NCBI RefSeq assembly: GCF_018336915.1
Contig: NZ_CP064923.1
Location: forward strand, 1,890,001-1,922,000
DNA: 32,000 nucleotides
Reading direction: 5' to 3'
DNA from: Acaryochloris marina S15
Lineage (GTDB): Bacteria; Cyanobacteriota; Cyanobacteriia; Thermosynechococcales; Thermosynechococcaceae
Position 1 is the stretch's first letter. Each line of letters starts with the position of its first letter. The notes beneath the pieces are model-generated. The model saw nothing but the letters and a program-made list of their open reading frames with translations, was not told the DNA's origin and did no database searches. Both the position numbers and the translations under genes were made by a program. Shown here one piece after another: positions 25,742 to 32,000 of the stretch.

Positions 25742-26347
25742 CTATGGAGCGGTGGTGGAGGATTCAGCAGGCGCAGGACTCGTGGGTTCATTACTGGTGG
25801 GTTCATTGGGGGCGGCGGAATTCGCTGGCTCTGGGGCAGTGGGTTCGGAGTTGGTTGCCGGAGCGACTTCACTAGTAGGCGGCGTTGATGGTAATGGCTG
25901 GGGAGGTGCGGGTTGGGTTTGGATAATGGTGGGCTGGGTCGGCGCAGTTTCCGTGGTGCTTTCCGCCGCAGGTGGGTTAGGTAAGGTGATATTGATATCA
26001 GGGGGTGTTGAGGGTTCAGAGGGTTGGGCCGGAACCACAACTGGCGTTACCTCAGTATTCTGGTTATTGGTAAACAGGTACCAGGCTAAAATGCCTAAAC
26101 CTAGGAAGGTTGTGGCAATGATGCCAACCAGAAGGCCCCGCGCCGCATTATCGTTATCTCGGATTTGGAGCTGGCGCTCCGTTTGTAATCGAGCCCGCTC
26201 GATACGCTCCTCTACTGCTGGATCATCACTGCGTAGTGTTTCTCGTCGACGACGCACGGTCCCATCAGCATGGCGAACTTCTTGATCAATGATGATTTCT
26301 TCATCGGTAGACGTTGTTCGAGGCTGGTTTAAATGGGTATTAGACAT
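25742..26347 (-). CDS. Single-pass membrane protein with long Pro/Thr/Ser-rich C-terminal tail (201 aa)
   Basis: It has a charged N-terminus, one TM helix (GLLVGIIATTFLGLGILAWYLF) and a P/T/S/E-rich tail. AAGGAAA lies upstream of the ATG. I judge the opposite-strand Gly-rich ORF to be its shadow. Confidence 0.6.
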   Translation of the reverse strand: MSNTHLNQPRTTSTDEEIIIDQEVRHADGTVRRRRETLRSDDPAVEERIERARLQTERQLQIRDNDNAARGLLVGIIATTFLGLGILAWYLFTNNQNTEVTPVVVPAQPSEPSTPPDINITLPNPPAAESTTETAPTQPTIIQTQPAPPQPLPSTPPTSEVAPATNSEPTAPEPANSAAPNEPTSNEPTSPAPAESSTTAP

Positions 26348-26429
26348 AGGGGTATTTCCTTAAAAAACAATCACTAAATCAATGAGGAACACAATTTAGA
26401 TTTGATCAAACTGATTTAGCTTGTTGGTT

Positions 26430-26729
26430 CTATTCAGACTTTTCATTGCTGGGGCTAGACACATCAATGTCTGGCTTGGGTAGGTTGATTTCGGGCTTAG
26501 GAACATCGATGTTAATTTCAGGTGCATCAGGCTTAGGTACGTTGATGATGTCGGTATCCCCACCTGATTTTTGACTCGTTTGGGCAAATACCATCCATCC
26601 ACCAATACCGAGCACCGCGACGGCAAAAACACCGATGAAAATTCCTGTGGCAGGATTGCTTCGACTCGCTCGACTTCCTGCTGCATAACCTTGCTCGTAT
26701 CGAGCTTCTTCTCTATCGAATTGACTCAT
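26430..26729 (-). CDS. Single-pass membrane protein with PKP(D/E) repeat tail (99 aa)
   Basis: ATG 26729 is preceded by GAGGAAG. It has a TM helix (GIFIGVFAVAVLGIGGWMVF) and the repeats INVPKPDAPEINIDVPKPEINLPKPDIDV. Confidence 0.6.
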   Translation of the reverse strand: MSQFDREEARYEQGYAAGSRASRSNPATGIFIGVFAVAVLGIGGWMVFAQTSQKSGGDTDIINVPKPDAPEINIDVPKPEINLPKPDIDVSSPSNEKSE

Positions 26730-26790
26730 TATTTCTTCCTCAAAGATATAACTCAACTGTAGGGGAGGGATGTTTGATGGGTATCTGCCT

Positions 26791-26835
26791 AAAGGGGGAG
26801 ATACTGTCCCCCTTTGTGGTCTGCCAAAAGGCAGA
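26791..26835 (-). terminator. Two adjacent stem-loops downstream of the DUF1328 gene
   Basis: In plus-strand notation these are AAAGGGGGA-N7-TCCCCCTTT (26791-26815, 9-bp stem) and TCTGCC-AAAA-GGCAGA (26820-26835). They lie 55-100 nt after the minus-strand stop at 26890. Confidence 0.4.
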
Positions 26836-26889
26836 GTTTAAACTGTCTTTAGATAACCCATTACGTCTAGAAACTTTGGCTGGAGTAGT

Positions 26890-27051
26890 CTAGACACGCC
26901 TTCTTCCAGTGATAAGAGAAAAGATAAATAAGGCTAGAAAAACAAAGAAAAGAACTTTAGCGATGGAAGCTGCACCCGCAGCAATGCCACCGAACCCCAA
27001 AAAGGCTGCAATTAAGGCAATGATTAAAAATGTCAGGCTCCAACTAAGCAT
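26890..27051 (-). CDS. DUF1328 / UPF0391 (YtjA-like) small membrane protein, 53 aa; not in the supplied ORF track
   Basis: Manual translation gives [53 protein letters not shown]. The FLGFGGIAG-type core and C-terminal GRR are characteristic of the family. AGGAGA SD is present. Confidence 0.85.
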   Translation of the reverse strand: MLSWSLTFLIIALIAAFLGFGGIAAGAASIAKVLFFVFLALFIFSLITGRRRV

Positions 27052-27349
27052 GAAATGTTCTCCTGTCGTTAAATGTGAGTGAATTTAGGCCCATCTAGAT
27101 GAAGTCTGATACCAATGCATGACCCCATCCTGGACTCTCAACAATTCCCCCATAACTATCAGCATCGTGGTGTGCCAAAATAGCTTTTGTCCTTGCCCCC
27201 GTGTCTATGCAGCACAGCTCAACGGCTCTATTGTGATCGCTGATAGAATTGCTGCGAATAACTTGATTGGAGCCTCATGACGTTTTGTCGAAATGTAAGA
27301 CGTGAGGCAGATGTGTAATCAAGTAATATTTTGCGAGTGATAAACCGTT

Positions 27350-27390
27350 ATCAAATAAAGGTCCAGAGGCTGGTTTGGCACACTGGACCT
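27350..27390 (-). terminator. Rho-independent-type terminator of the second csbD-like gene
   Basis: On the minus strand, AGGTCCAG-N16-CTGGACCT (27359-27390) is followed by TTTATTTGAT. It lies about 40 nt after the stop. Confidence 0.55.
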
Positions 27391-27427
27391 AAATACCAGA
27401 AACTGAATAACTAAACGGAAGCAACCG

Positions 27428-27610
27428 TTAGTCAATGGCTTCTTTTACTTTGTCCTTAGCGTCTTCTGCTGTATGGCGGACGCCTGCTTCTGCTTGCTTA
27501 GCTTTACCCGCTGCTTGGTCTTCAGGATCGCCAGTTACGTTTCCCAGAGCTTCCTGGGCTTTTCCTTCAATGTTCTTAGCTGTAGCTTTAGCTCTATCTT
27601 CGGTACTCAT
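27428..27610 (-). CDS. CsbD family stress-response protein (60 aa)
   Basis: MSTEDRAKATAKNIEGKAQEALGNVTGDPEDQAAGKAKQAEAGVRHTAEDAKDKVKEAID. ATG 27610 is preceded by AGGAGG. It is a paralog of the 22969..23151 product. Confidence 0.9.
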   Translation of the reverse strand: MSTEDRAKATAKNIEGKAQEALGNVTGDPEDQAAGKAKQAEAGVRHTAEDAKDKVKEAID

Positions 27611-28007
27611 AATAGTTGTGCCTCCTAAAGGCTGTGTCGTTGTGGGTGTGAACACCTTCAATACTAGGGAAGCTCACTCCAAAACTCGTCTGCCTAAAGG
27701 ACGGTTGCTATAAGCAAGAACGTCTACCTATAGAGGGATTAATGGCGATTCAAGTTCTCTAGGATTTTCGCTTGAGTTCGTTTGTCTGAATACGTTACGG
27801 AAGGCCCCGTAAAGCTTTTATTTCGATACTCATGGTTAAACGTTTAGCCTGATCTCTGAAACTCTAATCACTTTTCACACATCCTAATCAATCGCTCTAT
27901 ACCTTTCGGTAGAGTAGCTAGAGAATCAATACCTTCCCTGTGAGAGAAGAATGATTCAGCCTTTCTTGATTTACTAGCTACTAGAGACAACAAAGGAAAA
28001 AATAAAT

Positions 28008-28544
28008 ATGCGTTCTTATAACATTGGTTTGACTACTGAACAGCGTCAAGGTGTTATTCAACTTTTAAATCAAGACTTAGCTGATTTATATCTACTCGTG
28101 ATCAAAACCAAGAAATATCACTGGGATGTAGTTGGCCCCCAATTCATGACTCTACATAAGCTTTGGGAAGAACATTATGAAATCCTTACCGCCAATGTTG
28201 ATGCTTGTGCTGAGCGGATTCGGGCGTTAGGAGGATACCCTCTAGGGACTGCCAAAGGATTTCTCGATAACTCAACTCTCAATGAACATCCTGGTGACCT
28301 ACCTACAGCAACGGATATGGTGGCTCGCCTGGTGAATGATCATGAGCAGGTTATTCGTAATTTAAGAGAGCATCTCGATCAGTGCTCTGAGCAGTTCCAT
28401 GATGAGGGAACGGCTGATTTCTTAACGGGTTTAATGGAAGAGCATGAAGAGATGGCTTGGATGCTGAGATCCTTTATTGAAGGAGAACAAGTCGATGCAA
28501 GCGGTTCTCGTTCTGGTTTGGATCTGCATGCTAGCGTCCAATAG
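28008..28544 (+). CDS. dps: Dps family DNA-protection/ferritin-like protein
   Basis: LNQDLADLYLLVIKTKKYHWDVVGPQFMTLHKLWEEHYE ... ADFLTGLMEEHEEMAWMLRSF carries the Dps ferroxidase-site residues and helices. Confidence 0.93.
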   Translation: MRSYNIGLTTEQRQGVIQLLNQDLADLYLLVIKTKKYHWDVVGPQFMTLHKLWEEHYEILTANVDACAERIRALGGYPLGTAKGFLDNSTLNEHPGDLPTATDMVARLVNDHEQVIRNLREHLDQCSEQFHDEGTADFLTGLMEEHEEMAWMLRSFIEGEQVDASGSRSGLDLHASVQ

Positions 28545-28550
28545 ATTGAT

Positions 28551-28586
28551 GTCCCTATGCTTGATTTGACGTTCAGGCATAGGGAC
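28551..28586 (+). terminator. Stem-loop downstream of dps
   Basis: GTCCCTATGC (28551-28560) pairs with GCATAGGGAC (28577-28586), a perfect 10-bp stem with a 16-nt loop. A T-run lies further downstream (gaagttttttgat). Confidence 0.45.
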
Positions 28587-28631
28587 AGTACTAAGCCTGC
28601 TGAAGTTTTTTGATATAGATACTCGAAACCC

Positions 28632-28919
28632 ATGGATACTGCACTCTTTGACACTATCTTCCGTGAGCAGAACGGTGAAATTGTGATTGCTCAGCTTCCA
28701 AATTTGACCCTCTCTGTCTGGATTGGAGCCAGCCTGCTGCAATTGGTATTGACGAGTGAGCCGATTAATCTGGGATTAGAGTTAGTGGCTTTCGTTGCAA
28801 TAGTGATTTGGGCCTTGCAAGAGTCCTTTGAAGGGGTTAACTATTTCCGTAGAGGGTTGGGACTCGTCGTATTTCTGGTTGCGATCGCACATCAGATCCA
28901 CTCTTTCCTGGTTGGCTAA
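28632..28919 (+). CDS. Small hypothetical membrane protein (95 aa, 2-3 TM)
   Basis: ORF with hydrophobic helices (LTLSVWIGASLLQLVL; LELVAFVAIVIWAL; LGLVVFLVAIAHQI). It sits between dps and the phosphoesterase gene on the same strand. Confidence 0.5.
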   Translation: MDTALFDTIFREQNGEIVIAQLPNLTLSVWIGASLLQLVLTSEPINLGLELVAFVAIVIWALQESFEGVNYFRRGLGLVVFLVAIAHQIHSFLVG

Positions 28920-29021
28920 GATGCTCCGAGTATTCCCCTCTCAGATTCGCAGGTGCTGGAATAGCCCAATATTAAAACCTGAATATTCTCCTTGATAGGA
29001 AAGGAACCCAAAAAATAACCG

Positions 29022-30569
29022 ATGCAGTTTGTTTCTGATCCACCGATTGAACTCAAAATTGATGAAATGAAGAAAAGGGTGTGCTGGCAACACCCTTTAA
29101 TTTCGAGCAAAAATATCGACCAAACCAAAGTGGTGTTGGAGAATGAGGAATCGGATCATCAAGATTTCTCGTTCTTGGTACTCGGAGATAGTGGCACAGG
29201 CCAATATCGCGGGGATAGTCCCCAACGACGAGTCATGGAACTGCTGTTGGATCAGGGGGAAGGGGCTAACTTTGCCCTGCATACAGGAGATGTTGTCTAT
29301 CTCGTGGGCTCCAACGAGCAGTATGCCGAGAATTTTATCGATCCTTATCGGGAGTGGTTAGTGGGGGGACATCAACCCGACACGATTGACTATGACCAGA
29401 TGGTGTTTAAATTCCCATTCTTCCCTGTACCAGGTAATCACGATTATTATGATTTGCCCTGGATATGGGGGTTGATGTCGAAGGTGACTTCGCCCCTGCG
29501 CAAGCTATTCCAGCGCCAATTTGATTTAGATGTGGGTTGGCATGGCTCACATAAGGGAGATGTGTATGCCAGAGCTTTTTTAGATTACCTGCAAGGATTG
29601 AGTGACTCGGACATACAACAACATCTGGACACCCACTACACGTCCTCCTCAGAGTCTGAGAAATGTCTGCGATATCGACCAGGCGAATTCACACGGCTCC
29701 CAAATCGGTACTATCAATTTCGCCAGGGTGGGATTGATTTTTTTGCCCTTGATTCCAATACGTTTAATGCTCCCCAATGTTTACCCAATACACCAGCGGG
29801 AAAGTTACTGAAGGAACAACTGCTGAAAACCCGCCAAGTCCTGATGCAGAAAAAGACAGAAGCATTGAGGTCGGCAGTTGAAGCAGCCCATTTAGATGTT
29901 GAGGAAGCTTATAGCAAGGTCGAACAAATTGAAGAGCAACTTCTAGATATTGATAAGCAGTTAACGAATGATACCGAGTCTGTTGTGGATATTGAACAAT
30001 TGACGTGGCTGAAGCGGCAGCTGATTCAATCCTGGCAGGATCCGAAGGTCCGGGGCCGAATTTTGTTTTTCCACCATCCCCCCTATGTGACCGAAGCCAC
30101 AAAGTGGTATCAGGGACAAACCTTAGCAGTGCGGCAAAATCTCCGGTGGGTTCTCAATGAAGTCCAAAGTGAGGTGACTGAACTTATAAAAGGTAGACCT
30201 CTAGTCGATTTGATTATCAATGGACATGCCCATTGCCTGGAGTACCTGAAGACGGAAAATACGGGGCATGCAGATTCACATCTCAATTGGGTGATTTGCG
30301 GTGGTAGCGGTTTTAGTCTGCGCCGTCAGCGGTCTGAAGGGCCTGAGTTAACGGAAAAACTAGATGGAGAAACAGAGCGTATTGTGGCGCGATCGCAATT
30401 CTACATCGGACGATATGGACATGGCTCTCAAAAACATCGACCCTATTCTGGCCTGCGGATTGATGTCAAAGCCGGAACACCTCCCAAAATCATCCTTCAA
30501 CCTCTAGTTGCTGAACGATTTCAGCATCAGTGGCAAAATCATGTCATGGATGCAATTGAAATCGGCTGA
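29022..30569 (+). CDS. Calcineurin-like metallophosphoesterase with a large internal coiled-coil-like insertion
   Basis: The metallophosphoesterase motifs appear in order: LGDSG(T)G, HTGDVVY, GNHDYYD, FFHHPPY, GHAHC. About 200 aa separate GNHD from HHPP. Confidence 0.88.
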   Translation: MQFVSDPPIELKIDEMKKRVCWQHPLISSKNIDQTKVVLENEESDHQDFSFLVLGDSGTGQYRGDSPQRRVMELLLDQGEGANFALHTGDVVYLVGSNEQYAENFIDPYREWLVGGHQPDTIDYDQMVFKFPFFPVPGNHDYYDLPWIWGLMSKVTSPLRKLFQRQFDLDVGWHGSHKGDVYARAFLDYLQGLSDSDIQQHLDTHYTSSSESEKCLRYRPGEFTRLPNRYYQFRQGGIDFFALDSNTFNAPQCLPNTPAGKLLKEQLLKTRQVLMQKKTEALRSAVEAAHLDVEEAYSKVEQIEEQLLDIDKQLTNDTESVVDIEQLTWLKRQLIQSWQDPKVRGRILFFHHPPYVTEATKWYQGQTLAVRQNLRWVLNEVQSEVTELIKGRPLVDLIINGHAHCLEYLKTENTGHADSHLNWVICGGSGFSLRRQRSEGPELTEKLDGETERIVARSQFYIGRYGHGSQKHRPYSGLRIDVKAGTPPKIILQPLVAERFQHQWQNHVMDAIEIG

Positions 30570-30585
30570 GATTAACTGCTAAACC

Positions 30586-30632
30586 AAGCCCCCAAAGGAA
30601 TAACCAATATTCGGCTATTTCTTTGGGGGCTT
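30586..30632. terminator. Bidirectional stem-loop between convergent genes
   Basis: AAGCCCCCAAAG (30586-30597) pairs with CTTTGGGGGCTT (30621-30632), a perfect 12-bp stem. It lies between the + stop at 30569 and the - stop at 30649. Confidence 0.55.
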
Positions 30633-30648
30633 ATTGCAACCGGCTGGG

Positions 30649-31302
30649 TTAGCGAATCGCTGCTGGATTAGTCTGGCAGTCGCAGATAAAACTACTCAAA
30701 ATATCTTTCGCCACAGCTAGAGGTCCGGTGCCATCCGATGCTTGTTCGGCAGTGCCGATGAGGCCATCAATGGTTCCAGCCACTTTAGCCACTCGAACAC
30801 CATCAACGGTGAGTTGGGAGGTGGGGTACTTCTGCAAAAACTCTAAAAAAGAAATTTGATTATCATCACTTAGAGAGAGCAGGATAGCTGACCGAAGGGC
30901 CTGCATATTGGCTTTGCGGCTGGGGGTATGAATGACTTGCCCTGCTTGAAAGAGGGCATATTCTCCAGGTAATATCGTCAAAATTTTATCAGCCGTACGC
31001 AAGTTGACCTTGAGACTTTTGGTCATAAATTGGCGGGCGGTTTCTGGATCTTGCCCTGATACATTCAGGAAGAATTTGAGTTTGGAAGATGCTTTGCCAG
31101 TCTCAGCAAAGGTTTCTAACTCATCAATACTCAGAGATTGACCAAACTGATTGTAAGTAAAGATAACTTTTTCTGCAGCCTGCACAGATGCAGTCGGCGC
31201 GATCAAACTAGTCGCCGAGATGGAGGCGACAGCAGAAAAAGTGAGACCTTTAACCATCCTCCAACGCCTAAATTTTTGAAATACCGAATGCCAAGTGGTC
31301 AT
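30649..31302 (-). CDS. Stand-alone DUF1400-like secreted protein
   Basis: AEKVIFTYNQFGQSLSIDELETFAETGKASSKLKFFLNVSG... resembles the N-terminal DUF1400 module of cyanobacterial alpha/beta hydrolases. The N-terminus is signal-like. ATG 31302 has GGAG 7 nt upstream; alternative starts are 31365 and 31257. Confidence 0.7.
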   Translation of the reverse strand: MTTWHSVFQKFRRWRMVKGLTFSAVASISATSLIAPTASVQAAEKVIFTYNQFGQSLSIDELETFAETGKASSKLKFFLNVSGQDPETARQFMTKSLKVNLRTADKILTILPGEYALFQAGQVIHTPSRKANMQALRSAILLSLSDDNQISFLEFLQKYPTSQLTVDGVRVAKVAGTIDGLIGTAEQASDGTGPLAVAKDILSSFICDCQTNPAAIR

Positions 31303-31400
31303 GAATCGACTCCGTAAACAGTAGTGAATCCTTTCAGCAACAAAACAGGGGAATAAGAAGAGCACTCATGGGGACGATGCTCAAATATTCCCTTCAAGAT

Positions 31401-32000
31401 CTATTGAGCTTGAGCTGAACTAGCAGGTGTTTGAGTTGTGGAGGTCGGAGCTTGAAGCATTGACGGAGTAGACTTGGCACTGGATTGCTCTTCTGGTGAA
31501 TTGCTGTTTACCGACACAGTCATTGTGGGTTTTTCTTCTGCACAATTATCAGACACCTTCTCGGCTTGATAGGTTGCTTGTGAATCTTTGCTGGAGGACG
31601 CTTGTGTTGTTTTACAATCGCAAACAAAGTCTGACAATACGTCTTTTGCAACCTCTAGAGCCGGTAATGTTTTTTCGACAAAGCCGCTGACTTGGGTGTA
31701 AGTGCCTTCTAAGTTGGTTACATCAACTCGAATGGTGTTCTGGGGATATTTATCGATAATTTCCATAAAGGAAATTCGCTCATCCTCAATGGAGTTAAGG
31801 ACCGCTGTTTTCAGGGATTCGAGCCCATCTTCTGTTCTGCCAGATGTGCTAGAAATAGTCTGATCAAGCTTGAAGAGTAGAAATTCTCCATTAGAGCCTT
31901 CCAGAAAACTTTGTAAAAAAGTAGGTACAGTGATTTGTTCAGAAAGTGCTTTACGGACAATTCCTGGGAGTTCTAGATCGGTTTCTAGTAGCTTTTTCAA
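31401..32000 (-). CDS. Second DUF1400-like protein (N-terminus outside the window) with Ser/Thr/Gln-rich C-terminal tail
   Basis: The ORF runs into the window edge, and the 'M' in the track is only the edge codon. It shares ...SFMEIIDKYPQNTIRVD... and the AKDVLSDFVCDCKT motif with the downstream paralog (AKDILSSFICDCQT). Confidence 0.7.
   Translation of the reverse strand: MKKLLETDLELPGIVRKALSEQITVPTFLQSFLEGSNGEFLLFKLDQTISSTSGRTEDGLESLKTAVLNSIEDERISFMEIIDKYPQNTIRVDVTNLEGTYTQVSGFVEKTLPALEVAKDVLSDFVCDCKTTQASSSKDSQATYQAEKVSDNCAEEKPTMTVSVNSNSPEEQSSAKSTPSMLQAPTSTTQTPASSAQAQ

Noticed and set aside
25719-26285. 188-aa Gly-rich plus-strand ORF and 101-aa Pro-rich alternative frame (25735..26040 -)
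   Set aside because: These are mirror or alternative frames of low-complexity Pro/Thr-coding DNA. The 201-aa minus-strand frame has an SD-like AAGGAAA, a proper TM helix and a coherent topology.
28379-28742. 91-aa and 103-aa minus-strand ORFs overlapping dps and the downstream spacer
   Set aside because: They are antisense to the unambiguous Dps frame and its terminator hairpin.
1-32000. Search for CRISPR arrays, tRNA/rRNA genes, transposases, integrases, toxin-antitoxin pairs and known defence genes
   Set aside because: I saw no spaced direct repeats, no tRNA T-loop signatures (GGTTCGA-type), no rRNA-like sequence, and no transposase, integrase or nuclease-type ORFs. The RecD2-like helicase sits in a housekeeping context beside recA, not with defence partners.

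Overview
This looks like a chromosomal segment of a cyanobacterium. It carries the photosystem II gene psbU, a thylakoid-lumen-type cyclophilin, and 14 copies of the HIP1 palindrome GCGATCGC. I saw no rRNA or tRNA genes, CRISPR array, transposase or integrase.

Contents from left to right:
1. A minus-strand three-gene module (1-4581). Its last gene is a >1,281-codon ORF that the supplied ORF track omits because its stop lies outside the window. I found it by manual translation. It is a helical-repeat protein of unknown function, tentatively DUF4132/MolR-like. It is preceded by two small unknown ORFs and is divergent from recA.
2. A same-strand DNA-damage-type array: recA, VOC, two-domain VOC, recD2-like helicase, VOC (4699-9984). 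A consensus -35 box and a LexA-box-like palindrome lie upstream.
3. About 0.9 kb of AT-rich DNA with no ORFs, then psbU and a cyclophilin-type PPIase.
4. An M50 site-2 protease with a CBS pair, a second ORF-poor gap, and four small unknown genes.
5. A minus-strand run of four membrane-protein genes: DUF389, YihY/BrkB, DUF389, and a 940-aa protein with transmembrane segments at both ends.
6. A dense stationary-phase or desiccation-type stress island. It holds 2x CsbD, an untracked 53-aa DUF1328 gene, Dps, DUF1206, DUF2294, a CheY-like receiver, two single-pass proline-rich proteins and a metallophosphoesterase.
7. Two tandem stand-alone DUF1400-like genes.

The best candidates for something undescribed are the giant-ORF module at the left edge and the four-gene membrane operon ending in the 940-aa protein. 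Every family assignment comes from reading motifs by eye and needs profile-HMM confirmation.
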